NCBI GenBank assembly: GCA_000442015.1
Contig: KE561154.1
Coordinates: forward strand, 62,001-126,000
Source of the DNA: Rozella allomycis CSF55
Lineage: Eukaryota
Direction of reading: 5' to 3'
DNA length: 64,000 nucleotides
The first letter of the stretch is position 1. The number at the start of each line of letters is the position of its first letter. The notes beneath the pieces are model-generated. The model had not been told where the DNA came from, did not search any database, and worked only from the letters and a program-made list of their open reading frames with translations. A program made the position numbers and the translations under genes. Shown here in pieces: positions 52,362-64,000 of this stretch.

Positions 52362-53986
52362 TTAACATTGCTGCCTGTTCTTCTTTGGTTGTAATGCTGT
52401 TATTATCGATAGTGTGGTACTCAAGATCATCGTAACAATTCCAAACACTAAAACAGCTAATGGAAGGATATTTTTGTATGAGAAGACGCGATCTTTTTTC
52501 AGTTTAATAACACATAAAGGAGGTAGAATAAATGCTAACAATACCGCCGAAAATCCACCCTGCTAATATTACCAATACCTAACATACTGTTAATTCCAGC
52601 ACGATACCAAGATCGCATGTCAGTTTCGACACTAGAAAGGAAGTCAAAACGAGTAAAAACGTTATTAGCAAATGTCTTATTCGATTAAAGGGTCTATCGC
52701 TGAAAAGAAAGTTTTCAATGACTTCTCTTGCGACCAAACATTCCATGGGAAATGTGAGAAGTATGTTAAACGCAAATAGTAATCGTGCGATGTTTATAGA
52801 CAACAAATCAAAAGAAAAATTATTAAGGATGTTCCCTATTGCAATTTAAAGTGTGAATTTACCTTTTGTGCTATCAGTGAAGGCTAAATAAGTCGGAATG
52901 GCCATTAGCAATGACATTAACAATGAAAATCCTGTGCTATAGTGAGTAACTTTTTCAAATCGATCCAAAGTTGGTGTTCTTAATGAACCATATATTATGA
53001 ACGTATTATGATGACAAACAAATGCTAAACATTCATATTAAGATCTAGAATTTACCAAAGCTGATAACGCCAATAGCCTAATGAATTATATTTTGCAGAT
53101 TTACCTGAAAAAAGTTTGGTTTGATAAATGCGAATTTATCGTCAGAGGCAGGCAAACTATTTTTCCTGACTTCTATAATCGTCGTTAAAACTAATGCGGC
53201 TATCGCCACCAATGAAATAAATGAGGTTTTTGCTAAATGAGTCTTCTTTTGTTAAGAAATGTGTTCTTACCATTGACTTGACCGAACTAAGTGGCAAACA
53301 AATAAGAAATGTACAAATTGTTAAAATCGTGAGTCTCGAAACACCATTCGAGTAATGCGCAATAACACTTCCCAGAGTGTCAGCGACTATTACCAAGTAT
53401 GCACACATGCCTATATATCAATGTATCAAATAAATACCACCAAAAGCAAATACAATCTGGAATATTGTAATCATCCAATAACCCGGTTTACCAAGAACAC
53501 TTCTTACTAAATCCTGGTAAGTATTTGTTGATGTTAATTTGCCGCACTTTATTAAATTTATTACAGACCAGTCTTTAAATGCCAANGCCAAGAACACTTC
53601 TTACTAAATCCTGATAAGTATTTGTAGATGTCAATTTGCCGCACTTTATTAAATTTATTACAGACCAGTCTTTAATTGCCAAAAATACATCTTACCGACG
53701 ATCCATGTTATCACCACCAATAAAATAATGCCAAAGAAAAAGCCCGCCTCATTCAAGGCGTAAGGCAATCCCATTATACCTGCCCCAATTATTGAATTGG
53801 TGAAATTGAATATCGAATTGTACAGCGAGCTCTTCTGCTCATTATCTTCCAGCACGAAATTAATCTTTCATAAATCGCTGATTTGGATACCTGATAAGAC
53901 TCTTCACTACTTTCAGCCGGCGAAACAATTAATTTCCCATTTTTCAAGCTGTCATCGGAAACATTGNTATCGCTTTGCCCAGACAT
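52362..53986 (-). CDS. Amino acid transporter, SLC38A11/AVT2-like
   Basis: FNFTNSIIGAGIMGLPYALNEAG, AFVCHHN, LLTFPMECLVAREV; many tiny introns; duplicated segment at N 53586. Confidence 0.88.
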
Positions 53987-54098
53987 TCAAAAGTCCGCCA
54001 GCACACAATAACAGTATCTGAATTTTCGTTATTTACACGAAAACACATTAATCAAAATGGATAAGAGGTATTTTGTAACTGAAATTTCAAAAATCGAA

Positions 54099-54639
54099 AT
54101 GAACGTTACCGTGACATTTCAAAAGCAGAAAAGGATTTTCGAGGTTGCTGGTGAAGAAACAGTGTTAGATCTCAAAAAGAGGATTGAAGATTGGACAGGA
54201 GTGCCTATGGCTGGCCAGAAATTAATCGTCAATGGTTTTGCTTTGAAAGATGACACGGCCAAGGTTTCCTCTTTGGGATTAAAGGAGCCTTGTAAAATTT
54301 TATTAGTGGGAGTAACATACATTTTCTATTAAAAAGTGATAGAATGTACCAGAGAATGAGGTCAGAATTGCAATGAAGCCAATGGAGGAGCTAGAAAAAT
54401 CGGTACTTGAGTATCCCAAATACTGTGAGAATGAGGAGCTTTCGGAAGATAAAAAGAATTTTGAATTTTTGAGGATACAAGAGGAGCTGATGAGGATTAT
54501 TTTGAAATTGGATTCACTTCAGCTTAATTCAGACCTTGACCGAGCGATGAGGAAGGAGAGTATAGTGAAAATTCAAAAGCTTTTAAGCAATCTTGACAAA
54601 TACAAGCATCCAAGAACCCAAGAGCCATCTCACGAATAA
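54099..54639 (+). CDS. BAG1: BAG1-like co-chaperone (ubiquitin-like + BAG domain)
   Basis: TVLDLKKRIEDWTGVPMAGQKLI (Ubl); EELMRIILKLDSL...RAMRKESIVKIQKLL..LD (BAG); 31-nt intron. Confidence 0.85.
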
Positions 54640-54728
54640 ACACCAAATTTATATTAATAATAAAAGGCAATACATAGTGTTATTATTATAAAATTACAAC
54701 ATTTAATAACCTCATTCAATTCTGTTTA

Positions 54729-57372
54729 TTAAATGTGTTGATCTTTGATAGATTTGATGAAATTTTCAATATTCCTCTTTTGTGCTTTAGAATCTTGCTT
54801 TAGAGGTGTTGTATCTTTGAGCCTATTTATTGAGAAAGAAAGAGAATTACTTTTCCATGACAGAAATAACATTGCTACTTTTAAGCATTGAAAATCTTTT
54901 GTTTCTAATATTTGAATCTAAATAGTCATCAAATTTATTATTTCTGATTAATTGAAGAATCTTTAATGATTTGAAACATAATTTGTTACTTGTCTGATTT
55001 CAATGAAAACATCATCAAGATTTGCGTCTTTTAATTTTTTAATAAAGCTTTCCAGTAAAGTTAAATCAATGTTTAAATTTTCAATGAATTGATAACTTAG
55101 CTTGGGAGGTGATGGACCAACGAGAATATTCTATAAAGAAGAATGAATGAAATTACAAGAATAGAATTTGAGAGATGCGTTAAAGCTTCAAAATAAATAA
55201 AAGCTTTTTCTTTTTGTGGAAGTTTTAAAAGTTTATCAATTTCTTCAAGATAATTAATTAGATCTGAATTAATTGAATTTGAAAATTCATTACTTGAAAT
55301 GTAAGAGCTTGGAGATCCTTTGATTTTGTTTGTATTAAATTCATAGCCAGNATTCATAACCAGATTGTTGAATTAAACTTTCAATTTTATTGTTAACCAT
55401 TTCAAATAGTTTAAATTCAACAGATTTCTTTGAATCTTTAAATGTTTGTTCTGCCGTCAAAACAATATTTGAAACTTTAAAATTTCTTTTTTCTAGCAAA
55501 ATCTTTGAGATTCCACTGCAGAGATAAATAAACGCTTCAAAATTTAAACAAACTTGAGAAATCAACTTCAAATCTTCACTCGTAACTTTTTCTAAATATT
55601 TCGTTGCAATAATCCCATTAAGAAAATTATCTACATGCTACATTCACTAAACTCTTGTTAAATACCTTTTTAACAATATCGTCAATGTCTCCAGACTCAA
55701 ATTCGTTATCATCAAAAAATAAATAAAAATTAAAAATGAATTCTTTAATTCGAAGAAATAAATCATAAACACTTTTTGTAAATGGTAAATCAGATGGATA
55801 TTCACTATTTAGTAAATTTCAGATAATTTACCCTGGCTCTTGAATGAATTCCAATTCTGATTTTAAAATAGAAAAAGTATCTTTATTAGGACAATGAAAC
55901 AATTCAAAATCATCTCCCTCTATAGATTTAAGTATCTGTTCATTCATTTGTGACCTTATTGTATCCAAATATCGATTAAAAAGAATCAATTGGAAATCTT
56001 CCATTGGTTGTGTATTGAAATTATATCCCTTTAACGTTATTAATGAAATTTAATACTCTCATTGTCTTTATTACATTGTAGTTCATTTTCTTCAACGAAA
56101 GAAAGATTTGTGGATTCTTGCAATCTCTAAAATTTTCAGAAACAATTGAATTTATTTTGCTCATCGCATTTTCCCACAAAGATTCAATTTTCAATTTTGA
56201 TCTAAAAGCGTGCGGTGAATGCAACAAGTAAAATTCAACAATGAAAAATCCAACAACTTCTCTCAAAAAGAATTCAAAATGAGCAAGATCTTCATCAAGT
56301 TTCACATTCTGAGTCAATGTCAAATTAGCTTGAATCTTTTAAAGAAATCTTTCGCTTTTTACTCTTCGATTTTCTTCAAAAAGATTTTGAAATTCATTTT
56401 TGATTCCAAGGGTATCAAAAATGTGAAGGCATTGGTAAACAGGCTGGAATGAAACACAGACTTGTGAATTGTCAAGCAAATTGTCTTTCATTACACAAAT
56501 TGTTTATAACATACAATCAATCTCTTCATGAACAATCAATTCTAATGTTGCATTCTTTGCATGTGATAATTTGCCTCTTAATCTCGGCGATAGAGTCTCT
56601 AGTTTATTTTTTCTTGCTTTTGTCAATTCAAGGGCCAATTCTCCAACTATTTTACTCTTTTCTCGAACACTATTCTCAAATTTTCTTTGTTATGTTACCT
56701 CGTCATCCAATCTTTAACTTGATCCAAGACAATTTTCTTGATTTCATTCCGCATTCTAGGAATATCAGCCTCTATCCATCAAATCTATTATCCGTTTTTA
56801 CCAAGTTTCTGCGCAATTTTAAAGCTACTAATCTCTTTTAACTTATTCATTTGTAAATCATCCATAGTCTTCAACGCTTGATAAAACTTTCCTTTTCCCA
56901 TCTCCATTTGCGCCTTTTGCATGCACTTCAATGCAGTTAAACAATTCTTCAAATTTGCCACAGTTTCATTCAAATTAGTTTGCACTTTTTGGCTACTATA
57001 TATTTCTTTTTTCGTTTCATAAATCTCGCCAGCATTTTCATTCCATTTCTTGAACAAGTCAGAATGATCCTCTTTAACCTTTCTAGCCTCGGTGCGCACA
57101 CTACTTAAATGCTCAACGGAACTCACAAATTCCTACATCTTGAAGAAATATTTGACTTGTACTTGGTAGTTTTTATTACATATAGTTTCAATCTCTGATT
57201 CCTTTTGAGAGATGAACTTTTTCAAAATTGATCTCAAATTGTCAAGTCGGTTGGAAGAGTGCAATTTTAATAATGTGGATACATATTGNTTTAACAATGT
57301 GGATACGTATTGTAAATCTGTTGAGGTGCCTTGGTAAACAAATTGGTTCAGTAATACGGCATCGTCACTCAT
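54729..57372 (-). CDS. SEC15: Exocyst subunit Sec15/EXOC6
   Basis: KESEIETICNKNYQ|EFVSSV, FYQALKTMDDL, VVGFFIVE, SLWE, PFTKS, IYFEALTHLS. Confidence 0.85.
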
Positions 57373-57634
57373 TGTATGGTGGCGCAGCTGTTAGGTAAAG
57401 ACGCCAATAAAAATATTGAAAAATATCAACTGAATGACACCCATTAATAAATTTCATGTAAATTATATTTTTTGATAATATCCGTTGTAGTATACACAAA
57501 GTTAGTTCTCAATTTTTGCTTTGCCAGGCTTCAATAAACTTTACTCCATTAAGCCAAAAAGCTTTTCCATGATATAAAACCGATCCAGAGGCTCAGTTTT
57601 GAATTTTGTTTGTATTTTTCAGAATCAAAAGAAA

Positions 57635-58015
57635 ATGAGAAAAGTGGTCGGTGTTGTCCCATTCAACCCCAAAACATCAGAGTTTATCCTCGTCACTTCT
57701 CGAAAGCACCCCTGCGAATATATTTTGCCAAAGGGCGGCATAGAACACGGCGAAACCGACCAGGAATGCGCCCTCAGGGAAGCCTTTGAAGAAGCTGGCA
57801 TACACGGGGAAATTACGCTCAAGCTGTCGGCTACTACCGTAAAGTCGTCTGAAATTACATGGTATGCAATGCAAGTTGACAAGATTGACCAGAACTGGAG
57901 CGAAAGTCATGAACGGGAACGGATAATGGTGAAACCTGGGGTTATTTTTGATTATATCAAAAGAGATCATATGCAGGAAGCTATCAAGTGCTTTCTAAAA
58001 ACTCATAAAGTATAA
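57635..58015 (+). CDS. Nudix hydrolase, diphosphoinositol polyphosphate phosphohydrolase (DDP1/DIPP)-like
   Basis: LVTSRKH..ILPKGGIE..ETDQECALREAFEEAG Nudix box; WSESHERER. Confidence 0.88.
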   Translation: MRKVVGVVPFNPKTSEFILVTSRKHPCEYILPKGGIEHGETDQECALREAFEEAGIHGEITLKLSATTVKSSEITWYAMQVDKIDQNWSESHERERIMVKPGVIFDYIKRDHMQEAIKCFLKTHKV

Positions 58016-58473
58016 CTTTTTGTATGTAAATTTTACTATTCAATTTACCACTAATCTTGCAATTAAAGATTCTGATTAATTATTTATTGTGAGATCTGCA
58101 AAATTCTTCAAAACATCTGCATTTTCAAAAGAAATAGGTTAAAATAATGATTGTGTTTTCAACTTTTTACAATTTCTGGTCATGAAAATATTCAAGATTG
58201 TTCAACTGGGGATTCACAAAAGAAATCTAAAATCAAGTGCACGATTAGTGATTACGTTCATTTTTATAGTTATTCTTAACATACAATATACCTACACTGG
58301 GATTACTGAAACATTGAACAATCCAATGATCCATGGATAATGGGAATTGGAAAATGAGAACAAAGATATGAAATAAATCAATAAGACTTTGATATATCGA
58401 CCAGAAAATGATAAAGATATTTTTGCGGGTTTGTTCAAAATACTCAAAAATACGCAAGCCACCGACAACTAAA

Positions 58474-58729
58474 ATGTCCTCAATAGCAGAAAAATTGATG
58501 CTTAAACAGGGCTGGATCCCGTAATAATGTTACTTTTGTAAAACTAGTGGAGCAGGACTAGGAAAAAATAGCGACGGGATTATCGCCCCACTAAAGAACA
58601 AACTAAAAGATAATACTCTAGGAGTAATTTGTGCAAAAATGTTTAATTGAGATTGGAGCATCAAAAGAAAATTTCTTTCCTTGGTGGGATGCTGTTTTTA
58701 ACAAAGCCGCGAAAAATTTGGAAAATGGC
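58474..58729 (+). CDS. G-patch protein (GPATCH4/TMA23-like), truncated at contig join
   Basis: AEKLMLKQGWIP|GAGLGKNSDGI..KDNTLG|IG..PWWDAVFNKAA. Confidence 0.82.
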
Positions 58730-58730
58730 N

Positions 58731-59125
58731 TATGTTTTCCAAGATTGATCTTTAAAAGGGGTTCTAAGTGATCTATCTTTAAATGTTCTGCATATGCCTC
58801 AGTAAGAAAATCGAAGTAGGTTGAATTTGATTTATTCTCATCTTAGGATTGGATTGTTTCTTGAAGGTTTGGTTTAGGACCATTGTATCCCTTCTCTTAT
58901 CTTTTCCTTGGCTACCTCGGGCTCCTGCTTTTCATTTAGGAAATGGACTCTGAGTCCTTCAATGACCATTCCAGGCTTAGACATTGTATCCAGTCCTAGG
59001 ATGATACTAATGGCAATGCCATTATCTTCGCCCATGTCAAGGACCTCAAAGCGATGCTTGATTTATTGTCTCCATGGCAAATAGTTATCTCTTCAGTTAT
59101 TCTTCTTCTTGGCGTAGTAGTTGAT
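58731..59125 (-). pseudogene. Degenerate Ty3/Gypsy-type aspartic protease region
   Basis: KHRFEVLDMG...IILGLDTMSKPGMVI resembles the retropepsin C-terminal ILGxD motif; contains stops and frameshifts. Confidence 0.55.
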
Positions 59126-59161
59126 NCCAATATGTAAATTATCAAAAATGAAATTTCGACA

Positions 59162-59500
59162 TGTTCGATGACCGTAACAGTCGCTCCATACGCTTATAGT
59201 ATAGTTAAAACAGAAGTCGAATGAGAACGGATTGTCTCAGATCTTGGAATTTATAGGTAATCGGGATGCTGTCTACAGAATAGTGCAGCCCAGTATCATA
59301 CGGAATGATTACTCAGTTATTAATTATATGGGTAATGGGTGTTCACTGTTCATGATATAATATTGCAGCCAAGCATCACGCGGAATGATAACTTGATTAC
59401 TATATTTTAGGGATTATAATAATGTGTAAGCGCTATTGTGACTCGTGATGCATAATTGATTATTATCTGCGTAATAATGTGAAGTGCTATCCTTACAACA
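59162..59500 (-). mobile_element. Probable LTR (~340 bp)
   Basis: Minus strand starts TGTTGTAAGGATAGCA and ends ..CGAACA (TGTT/AACA termini); internal TATAAA and two family B units; no target-site duplication seen. Confidence 0.6.
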
Positions 59501-59600
59501 ATTCGAAACATTATTTAAATCGGCGATGAAATAATATACAATGAAATTTATACTCTGTAGATATATCATGTACTATGCTTTCCATTTAACATTGAACTTA

Positions 59601-61260
59601 TTAAGCTTTGATTTTTTAGTAGCGATGAAAGTATCGATGAGTTAATTTTCTCATTAGGAGCCAAACTCCTCGTCGGTAGATTGGAGCCACGTGCTATCTA
59701 ATAAATTTACAAGCTAAAGATTACTGTGATGTTATTGCTAATGTATCTTTTCAGAGGTATCATTATAGAGGACCTTGAGGGTATACCGTGTTTTATTTCA
59801 AACTCTTGTGGGGAATCAGGAATAAGGTCTTCCTTTACATAGGACACAGATAACACTTTATTTTCTCGATCTTCTTGTATTTTTTTCTGATTGCTTTTAG
59901 ACCCTGATATATTGATGTAACCAGTGTTTAACACCAGCTCTTTTGACAACAAGGAATATATATTACTCGGTGGAGAGATCCAGTCTAGAATTGGTTCGAG
60001 TCCCTGTGAATTTTTCTTAACAAATTTTCCTTCTAATCTATCGAGTGAACGATAATCATAGTTCGGCTGGCGATGTATTCTTTCATTCTATTAGTAAATT
60101 TCAGAATGAAAACTTACTTCATCTATTTCAAAATATCGATATTCAACTAAATTTTCAGCAAAAGTGACAGATTTGCGTTTCCGCTTTCGTTCAGAACAAG
60201 TTTCTGTTTCCTTTAACGGCTCCGAAGAGTTCATAGCAGATAGCTTTTCGGCCAAATTAATCTTCCTGTATTGAGGTGATTTTACTTCATTTTCTTCGAC
60301 ATTATCACTTTTGGCACCACTGGAGGAACTATTAATCCAAATATTAGTGTGATCTTTACGGCTTAGATAATGAATCGCCATTAGATAATACCGGGCTTTT
60401 CTTTTGAGAAAGTGGTATTATATTATGTATATTAGTAGATGTAGGTTTATTTTTAAAAAGAGTAAAGGACTTTGAATCGATTTCCAAAGTTTTAACTTTA
60501 ACTTGTTTTTCTTTTAAAAAATAATCAATGATTATACTTTGAGAGATTTTAATCTCCTGGGATTTGTCTGGGATGGTAGGTGTGTGACTTTGCGAGGAGC
60601 TCATGCTATCCGGAGATAGAATTGAAGAGCTAGTCTCTTTACCAAGTGATCCCGATTGGTTTGGTTTGACACCAATATTTAGGGTCTTTTTCCATTTCTC
60701 TTTTAAGCCTTCCGCTTTCTTACAAATTTCTTTTCCATACGACATAATGTACATACCAGGGTCAGGTACTTTGCTAGCCCGAGAGACCAATTTTCCCATC
60801 TGGAACTGCAGTAAATGCTCTGTTGTAACTGGAAACTGATCCCAAACATCCAAAATTTTTGACATTATACCGTAATTGGAATCTGTCATGGACTTTTTAA
60901 ATAATGAGTTTAACATGAAAGGAATGTTCTTTTCATTTAAGACTCTAGACAGCACCAAAATAAATTCATTACTCGTTTAAAATGGTTTTTCTTTTTGTAT
61001 TTAGTAAAAGTCCGAGCAAAAGGCCAACATTGCCATCTGTAGTTGCGTACTTTGCAAACATTCTTTGCACTTTTCCCAAGTGTTTCAAATCACTTATCCC
61101 TCCAGTATTTGATATAACACTTTGAATATCCCGTAGTAGCAAAGATGTATCCTATTTCGGAGATATTTTTTATTAATACTGATAAACTCACTTCTGCGGG
61201 AGGCACAGGTGGAGTAGGCGAGTCTGCAGAAGGTACTTCAATAATAATGTCATAATCCAT
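59601..61260 (-). CDS. PPP1R10: PP1 nuclear targeting subunit PNUTS-like (TFIIS-N domain + RVxF motif)
   Basis: FPVTTEHLLQFQMGKLV...KEKWK (TFIIS-N); KRKRKSVTFAENLVEYRYFEIDE; IQEDRE...IPDSPQE; ends approximate. Confidence 0.78.
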
Positions 61261-61660
61261 GTCTTTATCTTGGTTTCGAGAATCGTTGGCTTCATCTGGA
61301 GAATTGCAAATGCCATCCCCAAAAAGGAACTTTTGTATTGCAACAAGCCACTTATAAACCTTTCTAACGATATAAAACACTCAATACTTCTTCTTTGTTT
61401 AAGTTTAGGTGTGATATATAGGTGTAAAAGTTTATTCCTCTCAAGTTATTCAAGTTCTCAAATATATGTGATATTTGTTTTTCATCCACTTGAAAACATT
61501 CTTATTTTCACTTGAAAACTTTTCCTTACCTAAAAAATTTTGTTTTGCAAGCTTTAGCTGCTCGACTTCAGATGTTTCCATTTTGGTCCTATTTGTGAAT
61601 TTTCGTGAAAGTTTGGAAAGAGAAAACATTTATGAAACATGGATACCAATATATGACAAC

Positions 61661-63148
61661 ATGATGAGAAAGAACACTCCTATAGTTGTACAAAAATTTA
61701 AAAGACCGGGAACTAATTTTGGAATTCCAAAACCGAGATTTGTTCATTTACCGCCAATTAATGAAAAGTCTCGTGAAAATGACGCAAATAAAAAAGATAT
61801 TGAAATCGTGAAAGATTTGATTGATTGTCTTGATTTTTCCTCGGAAACAGTAATATTTAAAGTTCGGCGAAACCAAGATTATGATTGCGTTTGGAGAATC
61901 ATTGCAGAGAAGGATTCCAAAAGTCTGGGAAGAAATGTCATCGACAATATCACACATGCTAATTTCATCTCGTAATACCATTAATGTAAGAATTACTAGG
62001 CGATTTTATAGAAAAGGGACAAGTTATTTGTTTTCCCGCCATCACGGAAGAAATAGGCAAGCAAATATTAACATATATGAGTAAAACTGCAAGGAAGGAG
62101 ACTTATATTATAAAAAATACTGAGACCGTTGTTGGCATTTTGTTGGCATCGGATTATTTGGGAATGCATGTACTAAAACAACAATGTGTCAAATTTATAG
62201 CCAAAAACATTTATTGTAAGCGCCAACTCATATTCTAATAGAGGTATTAGTAACATGTGTCAGTTGCCTCCACCTTTTCTTGCAGAAATAGCTAAAGAAA
62301 CGAATATCCCCGCGTTGTTTTATTTGGAAACCGTATTAAAACAAAAAATTACACCAAATCTTTGGAAAAAAAAGTTTGATGTTATCTATACCATAGTTGA
62401 GCCATTCAACCTTTCATTTAAAGAAAATAGCTCATTCATGGAAAAGTCATTATGGTCATTCTATTATCTTTGGGAAAGAAATGAAACCATTCAAAATGGA
62501 ACACCTTTTTCTATTGTGAAAAGAATTGCCGAAGAATGTACTTATTATGAGTTTGACCATTGGATAAATAACATGCAAGCAGCTAGCGTAATTTCCACGA
62601 ATCACTGCGGAAAGATTTTCATCTATTCTTCGTTAATCCGCTACTTGCCTATGTCCAATAAACAATGTATTATTGTGTTAGAAAGCGAGAATAGTGCAGA
62701 TTATCTAAAAAATCAATTATCTTTAAGTCCAAATTTTAAGAATCTTGTACATGGAATTGCACTGATAGCAAATGTGACTATGAAAGTTGACATTTTAAAG
62801 TATTTGCTCAGGGTTAACATCGTGGAACTTTATTTTCTGGGCCCTGAATATGATGAATCATATATGGAACATTTGTTGAATTCGACTGTGAACTTGGAAA
62901 CATTGGTCATTAAATATGGCAGTAGTAGAGTACCTACTATAGTCGCCAGTGTGCTTCATAGAAGCGTAAATTTGAGATATCTAGAATTACAAAACATTGA
63001 ATTCACTGTAAACTCTGGATTACTTTTGGTTTCAAAACTCGGTGAGTTAAGAAACTTGAAGAGACTGGTGTTGAAGAATTGTTCATTTCCTCAAACTATT
63101 GAAAACATGTTGCATAAATTTATTGAAAGCAGAGATGAACTTCAATAA
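61661..63148 (+). CDS. BTB/POZ-like plus RNI-type LRR protein
   Basis: Exon ...ILTYM...ETVVGILLASDYLGMHVLKQQCVKFI (BTB C-terminal helices); C-terminal LRRs NLETLVI, NLRYLELQN, NLKRLVLKNC; three introns. Confidence 0.65.
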
Positions 63149-63889
63149 AATACTAGTCTTTTTTTTTTCAGTATATATCAGCTAAGTCGCAGAAAATATA
63201 CCAGACGTGGCAACACTAACAAACATTTAAGGGAAAATCCTAATGTTTTCCATCATACAATGCCATCAAACCGCCTACCATTACTTCGGTCCAACAAATT
63301 CGCCAAAGAACTTTTGCAGATCACGGCCGATGCATATTTTCATCCTTTTTGATCTCACCCACAACATTCCGGCATAATTCCCCCTCAATTGCTCATGTCC
63401 CCAAAACTACGGTCGGGATAAGGCACTTCATAAAACTTCATATGAAGTCATGGAGAATCTAATGCAGTACTCTTAGTTGAAATCGATTTTTTCGATTTTA
63501 CCTAAACTAGGAAATTTGCACTGAATTTGATTAGAAATATCGAAAAAAAGTCGCCACCCTGGTTTGAATAAAGCTATCGCAGATAAATTCGCGCAATGTA
63601 GAAAAATATTACCTATTCAGTCGTTTANGAAAAACATTACTTATTCAGTCGTATAAAAGGTGTAACGGTTTACCTTTTACAAACGAGACGAAGCACTTCG
63701 CTTTGCGTACTGCGATTTGAAATAGCATAGCCAAGAATTTCGTGAGCTAGATAAAAAATTAAAGGTAACTTGCTAAGTGCTAACAAAAACTCTTTCAGGC
63801 CTACCTCAAAAATAGAGTCCGTAAGAGTTCACGGAAGATTGCAAATCAGACTTCCGAGTCAATTGGGGCTACGGAGGATGCTATTGCTG

Positions 63890-64000
63890 ATGTTAGAACA
63901 GTCGTTGATAAAGACGTTTTTGATTCTAGGGAAGCTGCTGAGATAGATAATAGAATTGACCTAGAATCAAAAACGTCTTTATCAACGACTGTTCTAACAT
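63890..64000. repeat. Perfect inverted repeat, 41-bp arms within the window, 29-nt loop; may extend past the edge
   Basis: 63890-63930 is the exact reverse complement of 63960-64000. Confidence 0.92.

Noticed and set aside
58328-58340. Palindrome ATCCATGGAT resembling the X-box core
   Set aside because: Lacks the GT/AC ends and is not near a ciliary gene; shows such cores can arise by chance

Overview
AT-rich, very gene-dense eukaryotic scaffold with about 35 protein genes. Most are split by tiny GT-AG introns (almost all 26-31 nt), so the ORF track fragments them. Motile-flagellum genes (RSPH3, TCTE1/DRC5, RIB43A, an LLC1/CIMIP-like gene) sit alongside fungal-type genes (CSF1, mitochondrial MSH1, MscL). 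This points to a zoosporic early-diverging fungus; the architecture fits Rozella/Cryptomycota, but that is inference. The window also has one tRNA-Lys(UUU). Many single-N contig joins either fall in transposon debris (LTR termini, a Gypsy protease remnant, a CRE-like non-LTR fragment, a PIF1/Helitron-like helicase) or duplicate two slightly different haplotypes. Most notable: X-box (RFX)-like motifs at the 5' ends of the four ciliary genes; a probable meiotic SPO22/ZIP4 gene; a tandem pair of orphan secreted proteins with basic tails; a junction needing a GT-TG intron or a frameshift in a uL5m-like gene; a 2OG-Fe(II) dioxygenase beside a helicase fragment; a fold-back inverted repeat at the right edge. 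All calls come from manual reading and motif recall; no searches were run.
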